Origin: Candidatus Omnitrophota bacterium
GTDB taxonomy: Bacteria; Omnitrophota; Gorgyraeia; Gorgyraeales; Gorgyraeaceae
Direction of reading: 5' to 3'
NCBI GenBank assembly: GCA_042572045.1
Contig: JBHPFI010000005.1
Coordinates: 1 to 55,893 of the forward strand
DNA length: 55,893 nt
Made by a program: the position numbers and the translations under genes. Positions 1 through 8,085 of the stretch are shown in pieces. The notes under the pieces were generated by a model. That model was not told where the DNA came from. It saw nothing but the letters and a program-made list of their open reading frames with translations, and ran no database searches. Each line of letters opens with the position of its first letter. Position 1 is the first letter of the stretch.

Positions 1-391
1 GCTCTGCTTCAGGGTTTGTGTGGAGGTCCTGGATGTGTACGATAAGCCGTGATGCTGACTTTTTGTCTTCTGGCTGTGATTGATAGACTTCTATGACTCG
101 GCCTAATTCTGAAGGAATATGTACCTGAGACAGATCTTTTAGGTGAGACGAAAGAACTCTCTGTGTATATTTTTTTCTCTTTTCTCCTGCTTTATCGTCT
201 TTGCCTTTTAATACAGCCTTTTTCTCAAGAAGCCTTTGTTCATTCTTGGTGCTGAGCTTTTTGTAATCCACTCTTTTATTCTTGAAGAATGAGCGTGAGC
301 TGGGGGCGCTGTATGCAGTATTGGTAAAGATAAAAGTTATAAGGGTTAGGATGGAAACAGCCTTGCCTATTCTTTTCTTAAAAAAATACAT
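1..391 (-). CDS. 5' part of a secreted protein that runs off the window start (not in the ORF track); possible giant protein
   Basis: Hand translation from ATG 391: MYFFKKRIGKAVSILTLITFIFTNTAYSAPSSRSFFKNKRVDYKKLSTKNEQRLLEKKAVLKGKDDKAGEKRKKYTQRVLSSHLKDLSQVHIPSELGRVIEVYQSQPEDKKSASRLIVHIQDLHTNPEAE, with no stop before base 1. AAGGAGG RBS upstream; Sec signal peptide with AYS-A cleavage site. Confidence 0.85.
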   Translation of the reverse strand, partial: MYFFKKRIGKAVSILTLITFIFTNTAYSAPSSRSFFKNKRVDYKKLSTKNEQRLLEKKAVLKGKDDKAGEKRKKYTQRVLSSHLKDLSQVHIPSELGRVIEVYQSQPEDKKSASRLIVHIQDLHTNPEAE

Positions 392-453
392 ACATTCCTC
401 CTTGTTCTTTGTCAATCACTTTTAAAATATTTTTATAAACTATCACTATAAGT

Positions 454-482
454 AGTATATCATGAAAGCGTTTTCTAGTCAA
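454..482 (-). promoter_or_regulatory. sigma70-type promoter for the 1..391 ORF
   Basis: TTGACT (477-482), 17-nt spacer, TATACT (454-459) on the minus strand. Confidence 0.7.
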
Positions 483-511
483 GGTAGTTTCAAAAAAATA
501 TTTTGCTATTT

Positions 512-2236
512 CTATTGATTAGGCGTTAATAAGGCAGGGATTCTCTGCTTCAGGTCTTGTTTTTTGACTTCTATTATCTTGCCATCTTCTCTTTTCTTTA
601 TTTCAAGGATTCCCTTCTTGAGTCCTTTTTCTCCTACCACTACTGAAAAAGGTATCCCTATTAATTCAGCGTCATTAAACTTAACCCCGGCGCTCTCATT
701 TCTATCATCTAATAAAACCTCTATCCCTTTACTCTTAAGGTCATTATATGCCTCATCCGCTGCCTTGCGGATATTGTCTTTTTCATAATTTATCGGCACT
801 ATTATTACCTGAAAAGGCGCGATAGATAATGGCCAGATTATGCCTTTTTTATCATTATGTAGCTCTATACAGGCTGCTATTATCCTATTTATGCCTATAC
901 CATAACAACCCATTACAACTGGCTTAAGTTTTCCATATTCATCTAGAAACTCGGCCTTCATTGCCTTTGAATATTTTAACCCTAATTTAAACACATGCCC
1001 CATTTCTATAGCATGCTCTATCTCTATCTTTTTGCCGCAGTTAGGGCAAGGATCCTCTCCTGTAATCATCCTCAGATCCGCCCATCCGTCCACCTTAAAA
1101 TCCCTGTCTAGCTTCACGTTTATAAAATGCCTGTCTTTTTTATTGGCTCCTGTAACAAAATTACTCATACCCTTAATGCTGTTATCAGCCAGAATCCTTA
1201 TACCCTTAAGCCCTACCGGCCCTGAAAAACCTAATGGCCCGCCAATTGCTTGTTTAATAATATCTTCGGACGCCATCTTCAACTGCTTACATTTTAGATA
1301 CCTTTTAATCTTTGCCTCATTCGCATCATGATTACCTTTTATAAGAATTGCCAAAGGCGCCCCATCTGCCACGTAAATAAGGGTCTTGACCATCTGTTCG
1401 GGTTTTACCTTTAATAACGCGCCTACTTTTTCAATGGTCGTTACGCCTGGCGTATCCACTTCCTTCAATACCCTGTTTCCTCCCCTGTCCTTCGTCCTCC
1501 GCTCCTCGTCCTTCGTTTTTACAGCTTCTGCCACTGCCATACTCGCAGCATATCCACACGAAGGGCAATGCGCTAAAAGATCCTCTCCGCTGTCAGAGAG
1601 CATCATAAACTCGTGTGATATATCGCCACCCATAACGCCAGAATCCGCCTCCACGGCCATGACCTTTAAGCCGCATCTCTCAAAAATAGCCTTATAGGCT
1701 TCATACATCTTTTCATAGCTTTTCTCAAGTTCGGACTTATCCTTATCAAAACTATAAGCATCCTTCATTATAAATTCACGGCTGCGTATTACCCCAAACC
1801 TCGGACGAACCTCATCTCTGAACTTAGTCTGGATTTGATAAAGTATTATGGGGAGCTGCCGATAAGAGCGTATGTGATTCTTAACTAGATCCGTAATAAC
1901 CTCTTCATGCGTTGGGCCAAAAACCATAATACGATTATGCCTATCTTTAAATTTAATAAGATCCTCTCCTAAATCCTTGTACCTATCAGAGGCATGCCAT
2001 AGTTCTACTGGCTGGAGAGATGGCAAAAAAAGCTCTATAGCTCCTTTTTTGTCCATTTCTTCACGGATAATGTTTTCAACTTTCTTTAAGACCCTTAAAC
2101 CGAGCGGAAGATAAGTATAAGCGCCTGAGACAAGCTTTCTAATTAACCCCGCGCGTATCATCAGGCGATGGCTTACTGCCTCAGCTTCAGCAGGAACTTC
2201 TTTTAAGGTTGGGATAAAATATTCTGACCAGCGCAT
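512..2236 (-). CDS. proS: Proline--tRNA ligase, bacterial type with INS editing domain
   Basis: GPTHEE, QIQTKFRDEVRPRFG, REFIMKDAYSF, MGCYGIG motifs; INS domain; C-terminal anticodon-binding domain. Confidence 0.98.
   Translation of the reverse strand: MRWSEYFIPTLKEVPAEAEAVSHRLMIRAGLIRKLVSGAYTYLPLGLRVLKKVENIIREEMDKKGAIELFLPSLQPVELWHASDRYKDLGEDLIKFKDRHNRIMVFGPTHEEVITDLVKNHIRSYRQLPIILYQIQTKFRDEVRPRFGVIRSREFIMKDAYSFDKDKSELEKSYEKMYEAYKAIFERCGLKVMAVEADSGVMGGDISHEFMMLSDSGEDLLAHCPSCGYAASMAVAEAVKTKDEERRTKDRGGNRVLKEVDTPGVTTIEKVGALLKVKPEQMVKTLIYVADGAPLAILIKGNHDANEAKIKRYLKCKQLKMASEDIIKQAIGGPLGFSGPVGLKGIRILADNSIKGMSNFVTGANKKDRHFINVKLDRDFKVDGWADLRMITGEDPCPNCGKKIEIEHAIEMGHVFKLGLKYSKAMKAEFLDEYGKLKPVVMGCYGIGINRIIAACIELHNDKKGIIWPLSIAPFQVIIVPINYEKDNIRKAADEAYNDLKSKGIEVLLDDRNESAGVKFNDAELIGIPFSVVVGEKGLKKGILEIKKREDGKIIEVKKQDLKQRIPALLTPNQ
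1479..1520 (-). repeat. Degenerate in-frame heptamer tandem (consensus RRGGACG) inside proS
   Basis: AAAAACG AAGGACG AGGAGCG GAGGACG AAGGACA GGGGAGG, encoding KTKDEERRTKDRGG. Confidence 0.65.
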
Positions 2237-2237
2237 A

Positions 2238-3302
2238 TTATCGTCGTTTCTGATTAGTAATTTGCAGTTCGTTTAAAACCGCTTTAACCGCTTCTTTCTC
2301 CTTTAGTCTCTTTACAACCTTCCCTTTTTTAAACAAAATCCCTGTGTCTTTTCCAAATGCAATGCCTATATCCGCTTCCCTTGCTTCGCCAGGACCATTG
2401 ACCTCGCAGCCCATAATAGCGACTATAGGATGGCATAGTTTCGTGAATCGTGAATCGTGAATCGTGAATCGTGAATCTATCTCCTTAACTATTTTCTGCA
2501 AATCCACCTGGCAACGTCCGCAAGTCGGACACGATATTATTTCTGGCCCGAATTGCCTCAAACCAAGAGCCTGCAGAATATTTTTACCTGCAATCACTTC
2601 TTCGCAAGGGTCGGCTGTCAAAGAAACCCTGATCGTATCTCCGATACCTTCTGAAAGCAATAACCCTATGCCTATGGAAGACTTAACAATACCTGTTGAA
2701 ATAGGACCTGCCGCAGTAATGCCTAAATGAAGCGGGTATTCTGATTTTTTTGAAAATTTTCTATATGCATCGACCGTTGTCAATACATCAGACGCCTTTA
2801 GTGAAACTATTATATCGTAAAATCTTGCCCTCTCCAAGATTTTTATATAACCCAGCGCTTTTTTTACCATGCAATCCGCTAAACTACTGCCCTTGACATT
2901 ATTTGTCGATCCTGAATTTATTCCTACTCTGACAGGTATATGCTTTTTTTTTGCGAGCCTTGCCACCTCTGTGACCTGTTCCTCTTTATATATATTGCCT
3001 GGATTCAATCTTATCTTATCGGCGCCATTCTCAATCGCCAAAATAGCCAGTCTGTAATCAAAGTGTATATCAGCAACGAGAGGGATTTTTATTCTCTTTT
3101 TGATATTTTTTATAGCGTCGGCCGCTACAAAATCCTTTACAGCGACCCTCACTAATTCACACCCTGCTTTTTCTAACTCATTAATCTGCTTTACGGTCCG
3201 CGCAACATCTCTTGTGTCAGTCTTTGTCATGGACTGGATAACGACCTTCGATCCCTTCCCAATCTTAATTCTCCCTACCTTTATTTGCCTTGTCATAATC
3301 AC
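2238..3302 (-). CDS. ispG: Flavodoxin-dependent HMBPP synthase
   Basis: QSMT, ADIHFD, RLNPGN, HLGITAAG, GDTIRVSLT, CPTCGRC and MGCEVNGPGE Fe-S motifs. Confidence 0.97.
   Translation of the reverse strand: MIMTRQIKVGRIKIGKGSKVVIQSMTKTDTRDVARTVKQINELEKAGCELVRVAVKDFVAADAIKNIKKRIKIPLVADIHFDYRLAILAIENGADKIRLNPGNIYKEEQVTEVARLAKKKHIPVRVGINSGSTNNVKGSSLADCMVKKALGYIKILERARFYDIIVSLKASDVLTTVDAYRKFSKKSEYPLHLGITAAGPISTGIVKSSIGIGLLLSEGIGDTIRVSLTADPCEEVIAGKNILQALGLRQFGPEIISCPTCGRCQVDLQKIVKEIDSRFTIHDSRFTKLCHPIVAIMGCEVNGPGEAREADIGIAFGKDTGILFKKGKVVKRLKEKEAVKAVLNELQITNQKRR
2441..2477. repeat. Perfect heptamer tandem (TCGTGAA)x5 plus TC inside ispG
   Basis: tcgtgaa five times from 2441; encodes DSRFTIHDSRFTK. 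Confidence 0.95.
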
Positions 3303-3315
3303 TTAAATTCTGAGT

Positions 3316-4401
3316 CTATTTTTTAAAAAAACTTCCGAATTTTTCAACAATCCCGAACCGCACAAAATCGTTATAAAAAACAAATACTATCAAGCAGATT
3401 AGCAAAATAAGACCTGCTTGAGTCACGTTCTCCTGCAGCTTATGCGGAAGAGGCTTTCTTCTAAGTTTTTCTATTGCGAGAAATAAAATATGTCCGCCAT
3501 CCAGAACCGGAACAGGAAGGAGGTTGAATATGGCAAGGGACGCGCTCAAAACACCCATGAGTTGCAATAAATACGCAAATCCCAATCTTGCTGCTTGTCC
3601 TGTTATATAAAATATACCGACTGGACCCGTGATTGACTCTTTAAAAGGAATGGCGCCTGTCAGCGTAGCCCACAATGCCCTGCAAGTAACATATGTAAGC
3701 GTAAACAGTTCTTTACCTGCCATGTAAAAGGATTTTATAATCCCGTATTTTACGTGCATTATCTCGTTGGTCGGCAGAATACCTATAAGCCCAATACTTT
3801 TTTTTGACCCAAAAAGCGTCTTAACCTCTTGCGGCCTTGGTTTAATCAGCAAATCTATGGCGGCGCCATTTCTCTCTATAAGCAATTTAATCTCTGGCTT
3901 TTTATTAGAGTGGACGATACGCGTAACATCCTCCCAATAATTAATCTCCCGGCCATCTATCTCTAAAATCTTATCTCCTTGCTTTAAGCCGGCCGTCTCA
4001 GCAGGATAATCCGGCACCACCTTTCCCACTGTGGAAGTCAATTTCGGACACCCAATAATAAATACAAATGAAAATATAAAAAATGCCAATATATAGTTCA
4101 ATAAAGGTCCTGCGAATATTATCCTTGCCCTCTCTCCAACGGTCCTGGATAAATACTCCCACTTTTCACCTTTTATCGGTTCTTCTTCTGTTTCGCCGGC
4201 AAGCTTTACGTACCCTCCCAATGGTATGAGAGATACTGAATAGCGCGTTCCGCCCTTCGTAATACCGAATAACTCTTGGCCGAATCCAATAGAAAACTTT
4301 TCCACGCGCACGCCTGTCCTCTTGGCAACAATAAAATGTCCAAATTCATGCACGATGACCAAAATACTTAATACAACTACAAAACTAAGCGTCGATAGCA
4401 C
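3316..4401 (-). CDS. rseP: RIP metalloprotease RseP with PDZ domain
   Basis: HEFGH, PLGGYV, NLLPVPVLDGG motifs; dxr-rseP synteny. Confidence 0.96.
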   Translation of the reverse strand: MLSTLSFVVVLSILVIVHEFGHFIVAKRTGVRVEKFSIGFGQELFGITKGGTRYSVSLIPLGGYVKLAGETEEEPIKGEKWEYLSRTVGERARIIFAGPLLNYILAFFIFSFVFIIGCPKLTSTVGKVVPDYPAETAGLKQGDKILEIDGREINYWEDVTRIVHSNKKPEIKLLIERNGAAIDLLIKPRPQEVKTLFGSKKSIGLIGILPTNEIMHVKYGIIKSFYMAGKELFTLTYVTCRALWATLTGAIPFKESITGPVGIFYITGQAARLGFAYLLQLMGVLSASLAIFNLLPVPVLDGGHILFLAIEKLRRKPLPHKLQENVTQAGLILLICLIVFVFYNDFVRFGIVEKFGSFFKK

Positions 4402-5545
4402 TTAATATCTCCTTTGTTTTTACCCTACTCCATTTGTCGAGGTCGAGTATGTCCTTTAATTCAGGATCTTTTATTGCCCTGTGTAACATCAGAACCTTCT
4501 CAACTATCCTTGGTATGAGCGTAAAGTTTATCCGACCCTTTAAAAACTCTCCGACAGCCACTTCATTCGACGCATTTAAGACGCATGGATATGTCCCGCC
4601 TTCTTGAGCCGCCTTATATGCAATCCTCAAACACGGAAATTTTTTAAAATTAGGCGAATAGAAATGCAACGTCTTTAATTTTGAAAACGAAAGTCCTTTT
4701 AGATGGGAATCCAATCTGCGAGGGTAAGTAAGGGCATATTGTATTGGGATCCTCATGTCACACATGCCCATATGCGCCAGTATTGAACCGTCAACAAATT
4801 CTACCATTGAATGAACTGCTGTCTCAGGATGGATCAACACTTCTATCTTCCCGACATCCACTCCAAACAGATGATGCGCCTCGATTACCTCAAGGCCTTT
4901 ATTCATCATGGTCGCCGAATCTACTGAAATCTTCCTCCCCATCTTCCATTTAGGGTGGTTGACTGCCTGCCGCGGCGTAATATGCTTAAAATCTTTTTTG
5001 GAAGTACATAGCAAAGGCCCGCCTGAGGATGTAAGGTAGATCTTTCTTACCTCCGAGGTATCTTCTGATTCTATGCATTGAAATACAGCGCTATGTTCGC
5101 TATCAACAGGCAATATCTTAACTTTCCTCTTCTTTGCTTTTTTCATAATAATATCGCCTGCCATAACAAGCGACTCTTTGTTCGCAAGGGCAAGTCTTTT
5201 TACGTTATCCAGGGCGCTTAAAATTGGTAAAAGCGCGGATGACCCTACTATGCCAACGACAAGGGTATCTATTCTTCCCTCTGCCACCATATCGCATAGG
5301 CCTTTTTCTCCTTCATAAATCCTTGTCCCGGATTTTCCAAATCTCTTTCTGAATTCCTTTGCTTTTTTTCTGTCCACCACACAGACCTTCTTAGGTTTGA
5401 ATCTCTTTGCCTGCCCTAGCAATAAATCTATGTTCGAATGCGCGGAAAGCGCGGATATATCAAATCTATCAGGAAAGCTGGAAACGACATCAAGTGTGCT
5501 GGCGCCTATTGAACCTGTTGAACCTAAAACAGCTATTTTATGCAT
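4385..5545 (-). CDS. dxr: 1-deoxy-D-xylulose-5-phosphate reductoisomerase
   Basis: GSTGSIG, LANKESLV, PVDSEHSA, HPKWKMGRKISVDSATMMNKGLE. Confidence 0.98.
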   Translation of the reverse strand: MHKIAVLGSTGSIGASTLDVVSSFPDRFDISALSAHSNIDLLLGQAKRFKPKKVCVVDRKKAKEFRKRFGKSGTRIYEGEKGLCDMVAEGRIDTLVVGIVGSSALLPILSALDNVKRLALANKESLVMAGDIIMKKAKKRKVKILPVDSEHSAVFQCIESEDTSEVRKIYLTSSGGPLLCTSKKDFKHITPRQAVNHPKWKMGRKISVDSATMMNKGLEVIEAHHLFGVDVGKIEVLIHPETAVHSMVEFVDGSILAHMGMCDMRIPIQYALTYPRRLDSHLKGLSFSKLKTLHFYSPNFKKFPCLRIAYKAAQEGGTYPCVLNASNEVAVGEFLKGRINFTLIPRIVEKVLMLHRAIKDPELKDILDLDKWSRVKTKEILSAIDA

Positions 5546-5576
5546 AATCTTGTTTAAGCTTAAACCTTTAAGATGG

Positions 5577-6395
5577 TCATTTTAGTTGCGTAACAATAAT
5601 CAAATATATGTAAAATATAGGTGCTGAAAAAAGGAGGCTGTCAATTACATCCAGCACCCCTCCAATGCCTGGGAAAAAAAGACTTGAGTCCTTTACCTTA
5701 CAATCACGCTTCACAAGGCTTTCGGCCAGATCCCCCAACTGCGCAAAAACACCAATCAAAACTCCCCCGATCAATACAACCTTGAATGACATCCACTCTA
5801 AAAATGGCCTGCTTGTTAGAGCAAATATTATGCTGAATAAAAATCCTCCTAAGGCGCCCTCGACTGATTTATTCGGGCTTATCCTGGGGATAAGCGGGTG
5901 TTTACCAAAGCGCGAACCAACAAGATACGCACCAATGTCTCCTGCCTTTGTTACCAATACTAGATAAGCTACTAACTTATACCCTTTATCCAAAAGGTGT
6001 ATCTTGACGAGAAACGTGAAAAACCACCCAATGTAAAAAATGCCAAATAAGGTCAATGCGATCAACGTCACCGCTTTCTGGTTTTCTTTTCTTGTAAACT
6101 GCATAATAAAAAGCGCGATAAGTACCGTAATAAAAAATAGCGCCTCCCATAAGCCTCCTGCAGGCCTGTAAAAATACGTGACATATGGAAGAAGCGCTCC
6201 TGAACATATGCCCAGACATACAAAACCGCTGGACATATCGTTCTTTGAGTTTAATCTGAAAAATTCGTAAAGGCCTAAACCTATAAACATTGAAACCACT
6301 ACACTGAACATCCAGGCAGGAAGCGCAAAGATAGTAATAGCGGTAATGGATATTAAGATTATAGATGTGCTTGTGCGCTTTAATATGTCTTGCAT
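5577..6395 (-). CDS. cdsA: Phosphatidate cytidylyltransferase
   Basis: ISPNKSVEG, GDLAESLVKR..KDS...PG.GG.LD; multi-TM; uppS-cdsA-dxr synteny. Confidence 0.95.
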   Translation of the reverse strand: MQDILKRTSTSIILISITAITIFALPAWMFSVVVSMFIGLGLYEFFRLNSKNDMSSGFVCLGICSGALLPYVTYFYRPAGGLWEALFFITVLIALFIMQFTRKENQKAVTLIALTLFGIFYIGWFFTFLVKIHLLDKGYKLVAYLVLVTKAGDIGAYLVGSRFGKHPLIPRISPNKSVEGALGGFLFSIIFALTSRPFLEWMSFKVVLIGGVLIGVFAQLGDLAESLVKRDCKVKDSSLFFPGIGGVLDVIDSLLFSAPIFYIYLIIVTQLK

Positions 6396-7094
6396 CTATT
6401 TCCCAAATCTTCTTTTTCTTTTTTGAAACTCTTCTATTGCGTTCTTTAATTCTTTCTCGCAGAAATCAGGCCAAAGTTTCTCAGTTACATGTATCTCAGA
6501 ATAAGAAATCTGCCACAATAGAAAGTTAGATATGCGCATCTCTCCGCTTGTACGTATCAACATATCAGGGTCGGGACAGTCTCTGGTATAAAGATATCTC
6601 GAAAACAATTTCTCATCTATCTGAGAGGGTTTTATTAAACCTTTTTTTACCTCTTCTGATAAAGCCCTTGCCGCGTCAATGATTTCCTGCCTGCCTCCGT
6701 AACTTAAGGCAATATTCAGAATCAAGCTATCGTTATGCAAGGTGTCTTTTTCAAAATATTCTATCTTTTCTCTCAATCTTGGCTCAAGCCTATTCCTATC
6801 CCCGATTACGCAAAACCTCACATTGTTTTCCTGAAAGAGCTGCATCTGTGTATCTAAAAAATTCCTTAATAAACCGAAAAGCGCTTTGATTTCACGTCTG
6901 TGGCGCTGCCAGTTCTCGGTAGAAAAGGCGTAAAGCGTAAGATACTTAACCTTAAATTTTATGCAAGCCCTGACTATCTTTTTTATAGATTCCACACCTC
7001 TTTTATGACCTACTATTTTAGGAAGGCCCCTTTTTTTAGCCCAGCGGCCGTTTCCGTCCATTATTATTGCGATATGTTCTGGTGTCCTTTTCAT
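6396..7094 (-). CDS. uppS: Undecaprenyl diphosphate synthase
   Basis: HIAIIMDGNGRWA, FSTENW, IRTSGEMRISNFLLWQ. Confidence 0.97.
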   Translation of the reverse strand: MKRTPEHIAIIMDGNGRWAKKRGLPKIVGHKRGVESIKKIVRACIKFKVKYLTLYAFSTENWQRHRREIKALFGLLRNFLDTQMQLFQENNVRFCVIGDRNRLEPRLREKIEYFEKDTLHNDSLILNIALSYGGRQEIIDAARALSEEVKKGLIKPSQIDEKLFSRYLYTRDCPDPDMLIRTSGEMRISNFLLWQISYSEIHVTEKLWPDFCEKELKNAIEEFQKRKRRFGK

Positions 7095-7102
7095 ATCCTA
7101 TT

Positions 7103-7148
7103 AAAATAAAAACGCGAATGTGACTCATGAAAAGCACAATCCGCGTTT
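7103..7148 (-). terminator. Intrinsic-terminator-like hairpin with U tract just upstream of uppS
   Basis: AAACGCGGAUUGUG...CACAUUCGCGUUU stem followed by UUAUUUU on the minus strand. Confidence 0.55.
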
Positions 7149-7236
7149 CTCCTTAAACTCATAGAATTCTATCTCTACTCCATTAAATTGTTGGAGGTAT
7201 TTCCGAAAAAATCTTGCCTTTCCCCCCAGAGAGGCC

Positions 7237-7968
7237 TTACTTCTTATACTTCTTCAATCGCCTTTGAATCTCCTCTTTTCTCTCTGCTATTCTATCCATA
7301 TCTGCCTGGATCTTTTCTATATTTTTTGGGAGTACAACTATCTCAACTCGCCTGTTTCGTTTCCTGCCTTCTGGCGTGTCGTTAGAGGTCTCTGGCCTAT
7401 ATTCACCATAACCCGTAGCAGATACCCTCTTTGGATCAATAGATCTCTCGTCTACCAGATAGTGAAGCACGCTCGTGGCCCTTGCGGTCGAAAGTTCCCA
7501 GTTAGATTTCCACGCAGAATATTTTATCGGCTCATTATCCGTATGTCCCTCTATACCTATAGCCCGGCCGCCTACGCTCTCCTTTAGCACTTTTGCAACC
7601 TTATCCAATATGTCAAAAACCTCTTCTTTTATATCTGCTTTACCAGAATCAAAAAGAACCTCTGCTAAGAATATGATGGCAAGACCTTTCTCGGCCATCT
7701 CCAGTCGAACTTTCTTGTCTCCTATCTCTTTCTTTAATCTTTTTTCCAAAAGACTTTTTGCCTCATCAAGTCCTGATATCTCATTGTCCTTTTCCTGCTG
7801 AAGCTGCTCTAATCTGGCATTCATTGCCTCGATCTCGTAATTAAGCGATTGTATCTTTTCTATATCGCTCCGCCGGCCTTTCTGGATAGTTATTGAGCAT
7901 CCTGAAATTACAAAAGTTAATAAAATCACGAACAATATTTGACAAAATATACCTTTTTTATATATCAT
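7237..7968 (-). CDS. OmpA/MotB-family peptidoglycan-binding lipoprotein with coiled coil
   Basis: Lipobox ISGC; coiled coil; LFDSG, IEGHTDN, SNWELSTARA, NRRVEI. Confidence 0.9.
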   Translation of the reverse strand: MIYKKGIFCQILFVILLTFVISGCSITIQKGRRSDIEKIQSLNYEIEAMNARLEQLQQEKDNEISGLDEAKSLLEKRLKKEIGDKKVRLEMAEKGLAIIFLAEVLFDSGKADIKEEVFDILDKVAKVLKESVGGRAIGIEGHTDNEPIKYSAWKSNWELSTARATSVLHYLVDERSIDPKRVSATGYGEYRPETSNDTPEGRKRNRRVEIVVLPKNIEKIQADMDRIAERKEEIQRRLKKYKK

Positions 7969-7990
7969 GCTTTCCTCCTATTTTTCCTTA

Positions 7991-8019
7991 ATTTTAATAC
8001 GCTGACTATATAAAGTCAA
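7991..8019 (-). promoter_or_regulatory. sigma70-type promoter for the OmpA/MotB gene
   Basis: TTGACT (8014-8019), 17 nt, TAAAAT (7991-7996); GGAGG RBS downstream. Confidence 0.7.
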
Positions 8020-8085
8020 GGTTTTTGTATAGGCATTCCGCTTTATGTATCAAGTTAGCGCACTTCGCAACACTATTAAAACAAA

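Noticed and set aside
7190-7236. GGAAAGGCAAG resembling the start of a c-di-GMP-I riboswitch
   Set aside because: The GNRA-capped P2 and the GACGCAAAGC segment are missing; no convincing fold
7237-7968. Flagellar stator motB
   Set aside because: No Asp-containing TM helix, has a lipobox, and no motA or flagellar genes are nearby
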